Notes: generated from the sequence alone by a model not told the origin. DNA of 64,000 bases from Bacteroidales bacterium (GCA_036261265.1 DATALC010000096.1:2590-66589), one strand, 5' to 3'; shown: positions 8,980 through 20,638, counted from the stretch's first letter. A program made the numbers and translations.

Positions 8980-10893
8980 TTATTTAACTTCCTCAAAATC
9001 AACGTCAGTTACTTCATCATTACCCGACTTTCCGGTGTTCTGGTTCTGCTGGCCCTGACCGCCTGGTTGCGAAGCCTGCTGACCTGATGCCTGGGTATTC
9101 CTGTACATTTCCTCAGAAGCTGTCTGCCATACAGCATTTAGTTCTGCAAGCGCTGAGTCTATTGCGTTAATATCCTGCGATTTATGAGCTTCTTTAAGTT
9201 TTCCGAGTGCAGCTTCAATTGTAGATTTTTTGTCAGCCGGGATTTTATCTCCGAATTCTTTAAGCTGTTTTTCGGTTGTGAATATCATACTGTCGGCAGC
9301 ATTGATTTTTTCAACTCTTTCCCTTGCTTTTTTATCAGCTTCCTCATTAGATCTTGCTTCATCCCTCATCCTCTTTATTTCGTCATCGCTCAACCCGGAT
9401 GATGCTTCAATCCTTATCCTTTGTTCTTTCCCGGTACCCCTGTCTTTAGCAGTCACATGGAGGATACCGTTTGCATCGATATCGAATGTAACTTCTATCT
9501 GAGGCACACCCCTGGGGGCAGGCGGAATTCCGTCGAGATGGAACCGGCCAATTGTTTTGTTGCCTGAAGCCATAGGTCTTTCGCCCTGGAGCACATGTAT
9601 TTCAACTGATGGCTGGCTGTCGGCAGCAGTTGTGAATACTTCAGTTTTCTTTGTCGGTATTGTTGTGTTTGATTCAATGAGCTTTGTCATCACGCCGCCC
9701 ATGGTTTCAATTCCAAGTGAAAGGGGAGTAACATCGAGGAGAAGAACATCTTTAACCTCGCCTGTCAGCACGCCTCCCTGGATTGCTGCTCCGACTGCGA
9801 CTACTTCGTCAGGATTAACACCTTTTGAGGGTACTCTGCCAAAAAATTTCTCTACGAGCTGCTGTATTGCCGGGATTCTTGTTGATCCGCCAACGAGAAG
9901 AACTTCATCTATTTCGTTTATTGAAAGGCCTGAATCCCTTAATGCCATTTTGCATGGTTCGATACATGCCTGGATAAGCTTATCACAGATCTTTTCAAAA
10001 TGAGCCCTCGTAAGAGTTTTGACAAGGTGCTTTGGAATTCCGTCAACAGGCATTATATACGGCAGGTTAATCTCTGTCTGGGTAGAGCTTGAAAGCTCTA
10101 TCTTTGCTTTCTCAGCGGCTTCTTTAAGGCGCTGAAGAGCCATCGGGTCTTTACGGAGATCAACACCTTCATCCTTGAGAAATTCTTCTGCCAGCCAGTC
10201 TATAATCATGTGATCGAAGTCATCTCCACCTAGGTGTGTATCGCCATTCGTCGATTTCACCTCGAAAACTCCGTCGCCGAGCTCAAGTATTGAAATATCG
10301 AAGGTTCCGCCTCCAAGGTCGAATACTGCAATCTTCAGATCCTTGTTCTTCTTATCGAGACCGTATGCAAGTGATGCGGCCGTTGGTTCATTTATTATCC
10401 TTTTTACATTAAGGCCTGCTATTTCCCCGGCTTCCTTTGTAGCCTGGCGCTGTGAATCGCTGAAGTATGCCGGCACTGTAATAACGGCTTCAGTTACTTC
10501 CTGTCCAAGGTAATCCTCTGCAGTTTTTTTCATTTTCTGGAGAATCATGGCAGAAATCTCCTGGGGTGAATACATCCTGTCGTTTATCTTTACCCTGGGT
10601 GTATTATTGTCGCCTTTCACAACATTATAACTCACCCTTTTCATCTCTTTCTGAACCTTATCGTATGTTTCACCCATAAACCTTTTTATGGAGTAAATAG
10701 TGTTTTTTGCATTTGTTATTGCCTGTCTTTTAGCAGGATCACCAACCTTGCGCTCACCATTCTCCACAAAAGCTACTATGGACGGGGTAGTTCTTTTACC
10801 CTCACTGTTAGGGATCACGACTGGTTCGTTTCCCTCCATTACAGCGACACATGAGTTGGTCGTTCCCAGATCGATTCCGATAATTTTTCCCAT
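8980..10893 (-). CDS. dnaK: Molecular chaperone DnaK (Hsp70)
   Basis: [21 protein letters not shown] and [11 protein letters not shown] signatures. 637 aa, full length. Confidence 0.97.
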   Translation of the reverse strand: MGKIIGIDLGTTNSCVAVMEGNEPVVIPNSEGKRTTPSIVAFVENGERKVGDPAKRQAITNAKNTIYSIKRFMGETYDKVQKEMKRVSYNVVKGDNNTPRVKINDRMYSPQEISAMILQKMKKTAEDYLGQEVTEAVITVPAYFSDSQRQATKEAGEIAGLNVKRIINEPTAASLAYGLDKKNKDLKIAVFDLGGGTFDISILELGDGVFEVKSTNGDTHLGGDDFDHMIIDWLAEEFLKDEGVDLRKDPMALQRLKEAAEKAKIELSSSTQTEINLPYIMPVDGIPKHLVKTLTRAHFEKICDKLIQACIEPCKMALRDSGLSINEIDEVLLVGGSTRIPAIQQLVEKFFGRVPSKGVNPDEVVAVGAAIQGGVLTGEVKDVLLLDVTPLSLGIETMGGVMTKLIESNTTIPTKKTEVFTTAADSQPSVEIHVLQGERPMASGNKTIGRFHLDGIPPAPRGVPQIEVTFDIDANGILHVTAKDRGTGKEQRIRIEASSGLSDDEIKRMRDEARSNEEADKKARERVEKINAADSMIFTTEKQLKEFGDKIPADKKSTIEAALGKLKEAHKSQDINAIDSALAELNAVWQTASEEMYRNTQASGQQASQPGGQGQQNQNTGKSGNDEVTDVDFEEVK

Positions 10894-11098
10894 GATTTTA
10901 TATTTTAAAAATTTTCATTTTTCTATCTGGGTTAATCAATGATTATGCCATTCACACAAATAAGTTTTTTCAGGTAAATATGACATTTGTATACTGCCGG
11001 GCTCTATAAATTAAACATCAAATGAGTGACAAAAAGGCAGTAAAGCAAATGCATTGACAGTTCATTCCGTTTAATTTCATGATGACGTAACTATTAAG

Positions 11099-11106
11099 TA
11101 CCTTTG
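11099..11106 (+). promoter_or_regulatory. -7 box (TAnnTTTG) for panB
   Basis: TACCTTTG, 18 nt upstream of the ATG at 11124. Confidence 0.4.
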
Positions 11107-11123
11107 CATCTCAATCTTTTGTC

Positions 11124-11939
11124 ATGTCAGTACATCAGTCAGTTAAACGTATCACCACTCATGTGCTTCATGAGATGAAGCTTAAAGGTGAGAAAATTGC
11201 AATGCTTACAGGTTACGATTTTTCAATGGCAAAAATCCTTGATGAATCCGGGATTGACGTGATTCTTGTTGGCGATTCTGCCTCGAATGTGATGGCAGGA
11301 TATGATACAACACTTCCTATTACTCTCGACAATATGATATATCATGCTGCATCGGTTGTGCGTGCAGTGAAAAGGGCGCTTGTTGTTGTCGACCTGCCAT
11401 TTGGGACTTACCAGGGGAGTTCAAAGGAAGCGCTTGCATCATCGATAAGGATTATGAAAGAAACCGGGGCAGCTGCAGTTAAGCTTGAAGGTGGCTCCCA
11501 GGTGATTGAATCTGTTGAGAGGATACTTTCTGCAGGAATACCTGTGATGGGCCATCTTGGACTGACTCCCCAGGCAATTCATAAGTTTGGAACCTATGTT
11601 GTCAGGGCAAAAGAAGAGGAGGAAGCACGGAAGCTCATGGAGGACGCAAAACTCCTCGAACAGACAGGATGTTTTGCTATTGTCCTTGAAAAAATTCCTG
11701 CAAAGCTGGCAGGAGATGTAACCGAGAGCATCAGAATTCCTGTAATTGGAATCGGAGCCGGGCCAAAGACTGACGGTCAGGTATTGGTTCTGCATGATAT
11801 GCTTGGAATCAACAAAGAGTTTTCCCCCAGGTTTCTAAGGCGATACCATAATCTGTACGATGAAATTAAAGGCGCCGTTCAGAATTATATCCAGGATGTC
11901 AGAAGCCTTGATTTCCCAAACGAGAAAGAACAATACTGA
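11124..11939 (+). CDS. panB: 3-methyl-2-oxobutanoate hydroxymethyltransferase
   Basis: [30 protein letters not shown] and VKLEGG motifs. Confidence 0.93.
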   Translation: MSVHQSVKRITTHVLHEMKLKGEKIAMLTGYDFSMAKILDESGIDVILVGDSASNVMAGYDTTLPITLDNMIYHAASVVRAVKRALVVVDLPFGTYQGSSKEALASSIRIMKETGAAAVKLEGGSQVIESVERILSAGIPVMGHLGLTPQAIHKFGTYVVRAKEEEEARKLMEDAKLLEQTGCFAIVLEKIPAKLAGDVTESIRIPVIGIGAGPKTDGQVLVLHDMLGINKEFSPRFLRRYHNLYDEIKGAVQNYIQDVRSLDFPNEKEQY

Positions 11940-11940
11940 T

Positions 11941-12621
11941 ATGCCTGAGATACTATACGAAGACAACCATATAATTGCCGTTTATAAAAGATCATCCGAC
12001 CTTGCTCAGAGTGACAAAACACGGGATGCTCCGCTCGAAGTTGAGATAAAAAAATACATCGCAGTCAAATACGGGAAAAAAGGCGATGTCTTTCTTGGCG
12101 TGATCCACCGGCTGGATCGTCCTGTCAGTGGTGTAATGTTGTATGCACGGACTTCCAAAGCTCTTGAACGCCTGAATGAGATGTTCAGGGAAGGACTTGT
12201 AAAAAAGACATACCTGGCGATTGTCAAAGAACGGCCGCCTGAAGATGAAGCTACATTAAACCATTTCCTTAAAAAAAACGAAAAGCAGAACAAGACATAC
12301 GTGTATGATTCAGAGGTGAAAGGTTCAAAAAAAGCTAGTCTGACATACCGAATTAAAGCCCGGTCAGAGAAGTACTATCTCCTTGAGATAGACCTCCATA
12401 CAGGAAGACATCATCAGATAAGGGCCCAGCTTGCCAAAATAGGTTGTCCAATTAAAGGGGATCTGAAATATGGCTTTTCAAGATCGAATGAAGATGGTAG
12501 TATCAGCCTGTTTTCACGCAAGATAGAATTCGTTCATCCTGTGAAGAAAGAACCTGTAGTCATAAATGCACACTTTCCGGAAGGAGACATCTGGCATGTT
12601 TTCAGTACTGTGAAAATCTGA
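11941..12621 (+). CDS. RluA family pseudouridine synthase
   Basis: HRLDRPVSGVML catalytic motif and GRHHQIRAQL. The ORF-track start at 11860 lies inside panB. The ATG at 11941, 2 nt after the panB stop, is preferred. Confidence 0.85.
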   Translation: MPEILYEDNHIIAVYKRSSDLAQSDKTRDAPLEVEIKKYIAVKYGKKGDVFLGVIHRLDRPVSGVMLYARTSKALERLNEMFREGLVKKTYLAIVKERPPEDEATLNHFLKKNEKQNKTYVYDSEVKGSKKASLTYRIKARSEKYYLLEIDLHTGRHHQIRAQLAKIGCPIKGDLKYGFSRSNEDGSISLFSRKIEFVHPVKKEPVVINAHFPEGDIWHVFSTVKI

Positions 12622-12719
12622 AATGTCCGGCAATAATAAAAATAAAACCTTCTTTTAAGGTTTATAATTGTGATCAGTTAATGAAAAGTTAAATTTTAGC
12701 TGCAATCACATTAAACATT

Positions 12720-12727
12720 TATTTTTG
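12720..12727 (+). promoter_or_regulatory. -7 box (TAnnTTTG) next to the histidine kinase start
   Basis: TATTTTTG ends 4 nt before the ATG at 12732. This implies a leaderless or very short-leader mRNA, or a downstream start. Confidence 0.3.
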
Positions 12728-12731
12728 CAGC

Positions 12732-14366
12732 ATGAAAAGGCTAAGATTCACTATATTAATAGGAATGATGCTGCTGTCGGTTGTCGGGATCATCTGGGTT
12801 CAGATCATCTGGATCCGTGATGCAATAAGGATACAAACAGACAGCTTTAATAATAGTGTAGCCATCAGCCTGAGTGAAGCCCGTAATGCAATAGAGTTTT
12901 CACGGAAAATGAATTTTCTCAATAATTTTCTGATGGATGACCCTGTTGCTTTCAGAAATGACTCTGAGAATATGGAATTTATGATTGAAAGTTATTCTTC
13001 CAGCAACGGGAACGGAATTCACTATAATATTACAAATCAATCTGTTTCCGGAAATTCAGATACGGCACATATCACTACAAGAAACCAGTATGGATACATC
13101 AATTCGGATACCTCAATCGTTAGGGATACAGTTTCATATATAACTACAACACCTGACAGGAACGGCCGTTTTCGTGTTATTCAGGAAAGCGGTATAGACA
13201 ACCCGGGTTCTCCTTACATGAGGCAGAATGAATTCGTTGACTGGCTCAGGAAAAGATCAAATGAGTTCAGGAATCTAAGTGATCAGATGATCTCGGAGAT
13301 ATACCAATGGGAAAAGACCCTTGAGCTTGATCCTGCAGAAATTTCAAATGCACTTAAAAGATCGCTTGCATTTACAAATATTGAAACACCGTACGAATTT
13401 GCCGTTATCAGGAATGGCGAGGTTCAGGAAGGTACATATACAAAAGCCTCAAAAAAAGATTTTCTTAACAGCAAGTACAAAGTCTGGCTCTTTCCCGATA
13501 ATATTGTGGATCAGGATATCCTCTTGTCAGTTGTTTTCCCTGAAAAAACAAACTATGTACTAGGTTCAATGGGCTGGATACTCGGAGGATCGATGGTATT
13601 CTCGTTATTCATACTCGCCACATTTGCCCTTAGCCTGTACTTCATAATCACGACAAAAAAGGTCTCCGAGATGAAATCCGATTTCCTCAACAACATGACG
13701 CATGAGTTTAAAACGCCAATAGCTACTATTTCTCTTGCAGCAGACACGATTACCAATCCAAAGGTTATCGGTGATGAATCGAGCATACGTCATTTTGTCG
13801 GTATGATAAAAAAAGAAAACAGCAGGATGAACAAGAAAGTTGAAACAATTCTTCAGATTGCGTCGCTCGACAAAAAGGAAATAGACTTCAGGTTTGAGAA
13901 TGTTTCATTGCATACAATAATAGGTCATGCTGTTGAAACAATAGAGATTCAGGTACACCAGAGAGGCGGGAAAATAATTCTGCATCTCGATGCTACTGAA
14001 CCAATAATTTACGGTGATAGTGAACATCTTACAAATCTTGTCAACAATTTCCTCGATAATGCGTTAAAGTATTCGCCTGAGACTCCTGAAATAACAGTTT
14101 CAACAAAAAACATTGGTAGAGGTGTTATGATGATTATCGAAGATAAAGGTATCGGGATGAGCAAAGCAGTACAGAGCAAGATCTTCGAGAGATTCTACAG
14201 GCAGACATCAGGGAATGTGCATAATGTTAAGGGATTCGGATTGGGACTCAACTATGCCAGGGCAATAATTGATGCACATAAGGGTAATGTTACAGTATTT
14301 AGCGAACCGGATAAAGGTTCACGATTTGAAATATTTTTACCTTTTAACAGTGAAAATCAGCCATGA
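12732..14366 (+). CDS. Sensor histidine kinase (two TM segments, HisKA + HATPase_c)
   Basis: H-box NNMTHEFKTPIATI, N-box LDNALKYS, G-boxes EDKGIGM and GFGLGL. Confidence 0.85.
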   Translation: MKRLRFTILIGMMLLSVVGIIWVQIIWIRDAIRIQTDSFNNSVAISLSEARNAIEFSRKMNFLNNFLMDDPVAFRNDSENMEFMIESYSSSNGNGIHYNITNQSVSGNSDTAHITTRNQYGYINSDTSIVRDTVSYITTTPDRNGRFRVIQESGIDNPGSPYMRQNEFVDWLRKRSNEFRNLSDQMISEIYQWEKTLELDPAEISNALKRSLAFTNIETPYEFAVIRNGEVQEGTYTKASKKDFLNSKYKVWLFPDNIVDQDILLSVVFPEKTNYVLGSMGWILGGSMVFSLFILATFALSLYFIITTKKVSEMKSDFLNNMTHEFKTPIATISLAADTITNPKVIGDESSIRHFVGMIKKENSRMNKKVETILQIASLDKKEIDFRFENVSLHTIIGHAVETIEIQVHQRGGKIILHLDATEPIIYGDSEHLTNLVNNFLDNALKYSPETPEITVSTKNIGRGVMMIIEDKGIGMSKAVQSKIFERFYRQTSGNVHNVKGFGLGLNYARAIIDAHKGNVTVFSEPDKGSRFEIFLPFNSENQP

Positions 14367-15064
14367 CCAGTAAAGCAGCGAGGATATTTCTCGTAGAGGA
14401 CGATCTTAGTTTCGGATCGGTACTCAAATCCTATCTTGAGATAAATGATTATGTCGTTGAATGGGTAGATGACGGGAAATATGCACTCGATCATTTCCGG
14501 AAAAGCAGCTTCAATATCTGCATTCTCGACATAATGTTGCCGCATGTGGACGGATTTACAATAGCACAGGAGATACGGAAGATAAATACGGAAATACCTA
14601 TAATATTCCTTACTGCCAAGAAGCTGAAGGATGATGTGCTTAAAGGCTACGATGTGGGCGCCGACGATTATGTTACAAAACCTTTCGATACAGATATCCT
14701 GCTTGCAAAAATAAGAGCAATACTTTCACGTCGTGAGATACAGAGCGGGGAAAAGGATATTTATGAAATCGGTAAATTCATCTTCAACTCGAAGCTCAGA
14801 ACTCTTACTATCGGAAACGATGAGAAAAAGCTTTCGCCAAAAGAGGCACAGCTTCTTGAATTACTAGCGATCAATCCAAATGAGCTTATAAGTCGTGAGC
14901 TTGCCCTGAAGAAAATATGGGGATCTGACGATTATTTCACCGCCCGAAGCATGGATGTTTATATTACAAAGCTCAGGAAATTCCTGTCAGAGGATCCCGA
15001 TCTGAATATTAAAAATATTCATGGTGCAGGATTTCAGTTGATAATTAAGGATGATCAATCCTGA
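14363..15064 (+). CDS. OmpR-family response regulator transcription factor
   Basis: Receiver domain (ILDIMLP..DG, TAK) plus a winged-helix C-terminus (LSPKEAQLLELL..YITKLRKFL). ATGA overlap with the kinase gene. Confidence 0.9.
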   Translation: MTSKAARIFLVEDDLSFGSVLKSYLEINDYVVEWVDDGKYALDHFRKSSFNICILDIMLPHVDGFTIAQEIRKINTEIPIIFLTAKKLKDDVLKGYDVGADDYVTKPFDTDILLAKIRAILSRREIQSGEKDIYEIGKFIFNSKLRTLTIGNDEKKLSPKEAQLLELLAINPNELISRELALKKIWGSDDYFTARSMDVYITKLRKFLSEDPDLNIKNIHGAGFQLIIKDDQS

Positions 15065-15539
15065 GGTTTCCTTTATTGAACTGAAGTGGCAAAAGATCTT
15101 TCATTGTTTCGATGATTCTTACCCGCTGTGATCCGGAGAGCAATATTTTTATTTTCCGGTGATTTCTGAATTCCTCTTCTGCTATTACCTGCCTGCACAT
15201 GCCGCATGGTGAAACACTATCATCAGCTGCTCCATCCTGAGTAAAAGCGGCTATTGCAATTGCCACAGCTTTCTCATCAGGAAAATTTGTAACACAGTTT
15301 GCAAGTGCGTTCCTCTCAGCGCAGATACCTGAAGGATATGCAGCATTTTCAACATTAGCTCCCTTTACAATTGTCCCTTTATCGAGCCTGACTGCGGCTC
15401 CCACTCTGAACTTCGAATAAGGAGCGTATGCTCCTGCTGCCGCCTCACGTGCTGCAAGAACAAGATCCCTGTCTTCTGACGTTAATTCTTCAATATTATC
15501 ATATTCTGTGTAAGAAGCAGATATATTGTGCGTTTTCAT
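15045..15539 (-). CDS. cdd: Cytidine deaminase
   Basis: Zinc motifs CAERNAL and PCGMCRQ. 164 aa. Confidence 0.85.
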   Translation of the reverse strand: MKTHNISASYTEYDNIEELTSEDRDLVLAAREAAAGAYAPYSKFRVGAAVRLDKGTIVKGANVENAAYPSGICAERNALANCVTNFPDEKAVAIAIAAFTQDGAADDSVSPCGMCRQVIAEEEFRNHRKIKILLSGSQRVRIIETMKDLLPLQFNKGNLRIDHP

Positions 15540-15543
15540 AATA

Positions 15544-15551
15544 CAAAAATA
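15544..15551 (-). promoter_or_regulatory. -7 box (TAnnTTTG) next to cdd
   Basis: Minus strand reads TATTTTTG, only 5 nt from the ATG at 15539. If real, the mRNA would be leaderless. Confidence 0.3.
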
Positions 15552-15595
15552 CTGTTTTACTTCACCATGCCACTATGAAGATTTTTCTTTTTTTT

Positions 15596-15603
15596 TATTT
15601 TTG
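15596..15603 (+). promoter_or_regulatory. -7 box (TAnnTTTG) for the glucosaminidase/LysM gene
   Basis: TATTTTTG, 16 nt upstream of the ATG at 15620. Confidence 0.35.
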
Positions 15604-15619
15604 CCGTAAACCCTGACAG

Positions 15620-16645
15620 ATGCTAAAAAAACTCACTTTTATAATCTCCCTCTCAATTCTTTTGTTGGTTGTTTCCTGCCGTTCTGCGAGGAATCTGAAA
15701 AATACTTCCGGTATGCCCTCGCCTTCGATCAGCGTTGTTTCAACAGGGAATGCCGAGCTTGATTATCTTAATACCTACCGGGATATTGCAATCAGTGAAA
15801 TGAAGAGGACAGGTATACCGGCCAGCATCACGCTCGCACAAGGGATGATCGAGTCAAATTACGGGAGGAGCGAGCTTGCCAGAAGGGGTAATAATCATTT
15901 CGGTATAAAATGTCATAACTGGAATGGTCCGTCTGTCTATCATGATGATGACAAAAAAAACGACTGTTTCAGGAAGTACAATAATCCTGAGGAATCATTC
16001 AGGGATCATTCAGATTTCCTGACTAATGGTACAAGATACAGCTCTCTCTTCAGCCTTCCCAGAGATGACTATAAAGCATGGGCCCGTGGGTTAAAAAAAG
16101 CCGGTTATGCAACAAACCCCGATTATGCAAATATGCTTATAAGTAAAATAGAGGAGGCTAACCTGTCAGTTTATGATAAAGGTTATAGAGGGGAGATTAA
16201 GGAGTTGAAATCAACCCCGCAGAACAGTTCAGGAAATAATCTTAACGTAACAACTGCATCTATTTCAGATGATTTTGTTATACCCGGACATGCAAGAGTC
16301 ATGGTGAATAACAGGATTGAATATATAATAGTGAAAGATGGCGATACGAGGGAAAAGATCGAGCAGCAGAATAATCTGCTCAGGTGGGAACTTGCCAGAT
16401 ATAACGAGTTGAGCAACGATTTTTCGCCGGTACCCGGACAGATACTTTATCTTCAGCCAAAAAGAGATAAAGCCGAAGCAGGGAAAGATAACTATATTGC
16501 CAAAGCAGGTGATACAATGTACATCATATCACAGAAATTCGGGATCAAATTGAAAAGCCTGTATGAAATGAACAGGATGGAGGAGGGCGCTGAACCTGCT
16601 GCCGGAACAAAACTATGGCTAAGAAGTATAAAGCCTGTAAACTAG
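15620..16645 (+). CDS. Peptidoglycan hydrolase: glucosaminidase (FlgJ-like) domain plus two LysM domains
   Basis: TLAQGMIESNYGRSELA..NNHFGIKC and GYATNPDYA mark the glucosaminidase domain. Two LysM-like blocks follow (YIIVKDGDT..., YIAKAGDTMYIISQKFGI). Confidence 0.8.
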   Translation: MLKKLTFIISLSILLLVVSCRSARNLKNTSGMPSPSISVVSTGNAELDYLNTYRDIAISEMKRTGIPASITLAQGMIESNYGRSELARRGNNHFGIKCHNWNGPSVYHDDDKKNDCFRKYNNPEESFRDHSDFLTNGTRYSSLFSLPRDDYKAWARGLKKAGYATNPDYANMLISKIEEANLSVYDKGYRGEIKELKSTPQNSSGNNLNVTTASISDDFVIPGHARVMVNNRIEYIIVKDGDTREKIEQQNNLLRWELARYNELSNDFSPVPGQILYLQPKRDKAEAGKDNYIAKAGDTMYIISQKFGIKLKSLYEMNRMEEGAEPAAGTKLWLRSIKPVN

Positions 16646-17604
16646 ATCATAGTTGCAAACTTCTCAATCCTGAAACCTCTCAGAAATTCAGCTGAAGTCA
16701 TCTTCTTTCTGCCTTCAGGCTTCAGGCTGCATATATTGATATAGCCATTTCTGCATGAGACCTTGAGGAAGTATTTCCCATCAGAAAAATACTTACCAGG
16801 TTTGAAATTATGGTTTGAAATTTCAGGCTTGCATTCAAATATTTTGAAATCAAGTGATTCAGTCTGCTGTGAAAATGTTGCCTTTGCGCAGGGGTATGGA
16901 GATAATCCCCTTACAAAATTATGGATGCTCATTGCATCATTATCCCAGTTAATAAGACAGAATTCGGGAGTAATCTTCGGAGCCGTTTTCAGAATTTCCC
17001 CGGGCTTAATGAATTCATACTGGGATCTTGGCTTAATACTGTCAAGTGAAATGTCAGACAACGTCCTTATAATGAGCCTGGCTCCCTCTTTCATCATTCT
17101 GTCGTGAAGATCGCCTGCATTCTCAAAAGGGAAAATAGGAATTTCTTCCCTCAGAAGAATATTTCCCGTATCTATCTTATCGTCGATGAGGAAGGTAGTA
17201 AGTCCAGTCATTGTTTCTCCATTTATCAAGGCATGATTAATAGGAGCTGCTCCCCGGTAATGGGGAAGAAGTGAAGCATGAAGATTGATAGTTCCTGATG
17301 AAGGTATTTTCCAGATTATCTCAGGTAGCATCCTGAAAGCTACAACAACAAAGACGTCAGGATTCAGTTTCTTAAGTTTTTCAACAAATTGAGGATCTTT
17401 GAGATTTGTCGGCTGCATTATCGGAAGAAGGCTGAATTCCGCGAATTCCTTAACTGCTGATTTTGTTAATTTTCTTCCTCTCCCGGCAGGCTTATCGGGA
17501 GAGGTAACCACACCGACAACGTTGAACCCGTTCATTATTAATGCACCTAGTGAAGCTACTGCGAACTCTGGGGTTCCCATGAACACAATCCGGAGTGATT
17601 TCAT
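16642..17604 (-). CDS. fmt: Methionyl-tRNA formyltransferase
   Basis: IVFMGTPEFAV, INLHASLLP.YRGAAPI. 320 aa. Confidence 0.92.
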   Translation of the reverse strand: MKSLRIVFMGTPEFAVASLGALIMNGFNVVGVVTSPDKPAGRGRKLTKSAVKEFAEFSLLPIMQPTNLKDPQFVEKLKKLNPDVFVVVAFRMLPEIIWKIPSSGTINLHASLLPHYRGAAPINHALINGETMTGLTTFLIDDKIDTGNILLREEIPIFPFENAGDLHDRMMKEGARLIIRTLSDISLDSIKPRSQYEFIKPGEILKTAPKITPEFCLINWDNDAMSIHNFVRGLSPYPCAKATFSQQTESLDFKIFECKPEISNHNFKPGKYFSDGKYFLKVSCRNGYINICSLKPEGRKKMTSAEFLRGFRIEKFATMI

Positions 17605-17632
17605 TTACTGATGTGGCTTAAATACTGTAAAT

Positions 17633-18880
17633 TTAAGGTAAATCCTGATCCTTTACAATATGTTTGTAACATGTAAGGTTATGTCCCATCTTGTTTGCCT
17701 TTGTTTCAAGATAGAATCTGTTGTACTTGTTAGCTTCAATTATGAGAGGAATTGTCTCGACTATTTCTATCCCATAGCCTTCAAGACCGACTCTTTTAAC
17801 GGGATTGTTTGAAATCAGCCGTATTTTACCAAGACCAAGTTCGCGCATAATGCTTGCGCCAACACCATAATCCCTTTCATCCTCGCCAAATCCAAGCTTA
17901 AGGTTAGCCTGTACAGTATCCATTCCTTCATCCTGAAGCTTGTATGCCTTTATTTTATTCAGAAGGCCAATACCTCTGCCTTCCTGGCTCAGGTAGATGA
18001 CAACGCCTTTGCCTTCCGCTTCAACCATGTCCATTGCTTTATGCAACTGGGGGCCGCAGTCGCATCTCAGAGATCCGAAGATATCGCCTGTAAAACATGA
18101 AGAATGCAATCTTACGAGGACAGGTTCATCCTTTGACCATGTTCCTTTTACAAGAGCGCCATGTTCGAGTCCGTTGCTTACCTGCCTGAAAGGAATGAAC
18201 TCAAAAAAACCTCTTTCTGTCGGAAGGCTTACTCTTTCACCTTTTTCAATGATTGAATCACGATCAAGCTTGTATCTTATGAGATCGCGGATAGTAACGA
18301 TCTTAATACCGAATTTTTCACTTATTTTCTGGAGATCATCCATCCTGGCCATTGTGCCGTCATCATTCATTATCTCAACAAGGGCTCCTCCTGGTTGAAG
18401 CCCTGCAAAACGCGTAAGATCAACGACAGCTTCAGTGTGGCCTGCTCTTCTCAGGACTCCTTTGGCTTTTGCCCTCAGAGGAAATATATGTCCGGGTCGG
18501 CCAAGATCTGACGGTTTTGTTGCAGGGTCAACAAGCGCCTTAATTGTGAGAGCCCTGTCTCTGGCAGATACGCCTGTGCTTGTTTCATCTGATAGCAAAT
18601 CGACAGTCACAGTGAATTGCGTCTCATGAAGAGAAGTATTATTTCCGACCATCAGGTTAAGATCAAGTTCATCGCATCTCTCTTCAGGGAGGGCTGCGCA
18701 TATCAGGCCCCGGCCATGTTTTGCCATGAAGTTAACTATATCGGGAGTGATCAACTCGGCCGAGCAGATAAAGTCTCCCTCATTTTCCCTGTCCTCATCA
18801 TCAACTACAATAAGAAGCTTTCCATTTCTGATATCCTCAATTGCCTCATCAATAGTATTAAGTTTGTATTTGTTGTTCAT
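17633..18880 (-). CDS. ribBA: Bifunctional 3,4-dihydroxy-2-butanone-4-phosphate synthase / GTP cyclohydrolase II
   Basis: [10 protein letters not shown] and GHTEA mark the DHBP synthase half. C.C..QL and EGRGIGL mark the GCH II half. Confidence 0.93.
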   Translation of the reverse strand: MNNKYKLNTIDEAIEDIRNGKLLIVVDDEDRENEGDFICSAELITPDIVNFMAKHGRGLICAALPEERCDELDLNLMVGNNTSLHETQFTVTVDLLSDETSTGVSARDRALTIKALVDPATKPSDLGRPGHIFPLRAKAKGVLRRAGHTEAVVDLTRFAGLQPGGALVEIMNDDGTMARMDDLQKISEKFGIKIVTIRDLIRYKLDRDSIIEKGERVSLPTERGFFEFIPFRQVSNGLEHGALVKGTWSKDEPVLVRLHSSCFTGDIFGSLRCDCGPQLHKAMDMVEAEGKGVVIYLSQEGRGIGLLNKIKAYKLQDEGMDTVQANLKLGFGEDERDYGVGASIMRELGLGKIRLISNNPVKRVGLEGYGIEIVETIPLIIEANKYNRFYLETKANKMGHNLTCYKHIVKDQDLP

Positions 18881-18893
18881 CGTATGAAATTAT

Positions 18894-20384
18894 TTATTCG
18901 GAATCAGTTTTTTCAGGCTCGTTCATAAATGAACCGAATAACCTGTTCCTGATTTGCCTGAAAAAGTTAAGATATGTATCGATATTCAGAATCACTGAAT
19001 CTGTCGTTGCTTTATATGTAAGAAAAACGCCGATAGGTAAAAGAATATATGAAGCTGCCCACATCCCGGCAATAGTGCCGACAACACTTTCCTCCACAAG
19101 CTTCTGGGCCGAAATTGAAATCACATAATAGATCACAAAGAAGAAAATTGATATAACTGCAGGCGTGCCCAGTCCACCCTTTCTGATTATGGCTCCAAGC
19201 GGGGCGCCAATAAAGAAGAAGACAAGGCATGCAAGCGAAAGTGTCAGCTTTTTATGCCATTCAACTTCAAATCTTTTGATTGTTTTGATAAGATAATAAC
19301 GTGATTCATCCTGTTGAGTGAGATACGACTCTGCATCTTTAAGATTTTCAATTGCCCTGGCTATCACTGTCCGTCTTTCGACAACAGGCAGAGAATCAAG
19401 GATGACCTTTGCATTGAAAATATCGAAATGTTTCGAACTGTCAGCTTCTGTACCAGGCACAACATAAGATGGAGTATAATTTCTTTGACTCAGTATTTTG
19501 TTATTGTTGAACTCAGACATCTGACTCTCGATTTTGTCAGAGTAGCTTGTATTAAGCGAATCAATTATATATGTGAGCTGGTTGATGTCCTTAGATTCTG
19601 CCCTGCCTTTAAAAAGATCCTCGCTTCGCTCCAGGTCGAAGCCTGTTAATGGAATAACAACAGTTCTGATTTTGAAGAAAGCCTTTTGTGACGGATATGA
19701 TCTGTAATTCAGGCTGACTTTCTTCTCTTCAAGCTCATTGAAAGAATACCCGTTATAAAGGATCATAATGAGCCCGGTCTCGTCTTCTGTAAGCTTCATG
19801 TAACCTGAGTCAGCGGTTAGTACAGATACATTTCCCCGCTTGTCGGTATGGTCATAGATTATCAGGTCGTCCATCCTGCCTGTGGCAGCATCCTTCTTAC
19901 CGATTTTTATACTGAAGTCAGGAACCCCGTTATAAAAAGTACCTGCCTGGATGTTGATGTCAGGTTTTTTTTGCCTTATGTCCCACAATAGTGTTTTTGC
20001 CTTGTCTGTTGCATAGGGCAAAACATTATTCGAGAAGAAAAAAGAAATCACAGCAAAGAAGCAAAGCAGGAAGATAAGAGGCTTCATTATCCTCTGGAGC
20101 GGTATTCCTGATGCTTTAAGGGCCGTAAGCTCGCTGAATTCACCCATGTTCCCGAATGTCATTAGAGATGCAAGCAGGATAGCAAGAGGTAATGCCATTG
20201 GAACGAAGGTGAGAGAGAAGTAATAGATAAGCTCTGCAAGTATACTGGCATTGAGCCCCTTACCGGCAAGTTCATCAACATACATCCACAAAAACTGGAG
20301 AATAAGTATTATGAGGACAATAAAGAAAGTAAGCACCAGCGGGCCTGTAAATGACTTCAATACGAATTTGTCAATCTTCTTCAC
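18894..20384 (-). CDS. LptF/LptG (YjgP/YjgQ) family permease
   Basis: Multi-TM protein with a large periplasmic insert. The N-terminal ILILQFLWMYVDEL pattern is typical of the family. GTG start. Confidence 0.8.
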   Translation of the reverse strand: MKKIDKFVLKSFTGPLVLTFFIVLIILILQFLWMYVDELAGKGLNASILAELIYYFSLTFVPMALPLAILLASLMTFGNMGEFSELTALKASGIPLQRIMKPLIFLLCFFAVISFFFSNNVLPYATDKAKTLLWDIRQKKPDINIQAGTFYNGVPDFSIKIGKKDAATGRMDDLIIYDHTDKRGNVSVLTADSGYMKLTEDETGLIMILYNGYSFNELEEKKVSLNYRSYPSQKAFFKIRTVVIPLTGFDLERSEDLFKGRAESKDINQLTYIIDSLNTSYSDKIESQMSEFNNNKILSQRNYTPSYVVPGTEADSSKHFDIFNAKVILDSLPVVERRTVIARAIENLKDAESYLTQQDESRYYLIKTIKRFEVEWHKKLTLSLACLVFFFIGAPLGAIIRKGGLGTPAVISIFFFVIYYVISISAQKLVEESVVGTIAGMWAASYILLPIGVFLTYKATTDSVILNIDTYLNFFRQIRNRLFGSFMNEPEKTDSE

Positions 20385-20406
20385 TGTGTATGCTTATTTT
20401 GAAGTG

Positions 20407-20414
20407 CAAAACTA
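20407..20414 (-). promoter_or_regulatory. -7 box (TAnnTTTG) for the lptF/G-ribBA-fmt string
   Basis: Minus strand reads TAGTTTTG, 23 nt upstream of the GTG at 20384. Confidence 0.35.
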
Positions 20415-20638
20415 CTTGAATTTTATGAAAAATCATATTGTCAAATATCCTGCCGGAAATGGGATTTGTAAGTTGGCTGAGTATTTTTCTTACTCAAAAT
20501 CATAAATATTATTTAGAATGAGTATAAATTACGGTGGTTTTTTAATTTTTTTCATATTTATGGGTAACAAATCAGCGTTCATTCCTATTAAACTACAGAT
20601 ATACCGGGAGTGAGGACCCGGTATATGATTGGGTATTA

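Noticed and set aside
10894-11098. Heat-shock operator (CIRCE-like inverted repeat) or a standard -7 box upstream of dnaK
   Set aside because: I found no TTAGCACTC-N9-GAGTGCTAA-like palindrome and no TAnnTTTG on the minus strand. The dnaK promoter type cannot be called from the sequence alone.
18881-18893. FMN riboswitch upstream of ribBA
   Set aside because: Only 13 nt separate ribBA from the preceding lptF/G gene, so there is no room for an RFN element. ribBA is evidently read through from upstream.
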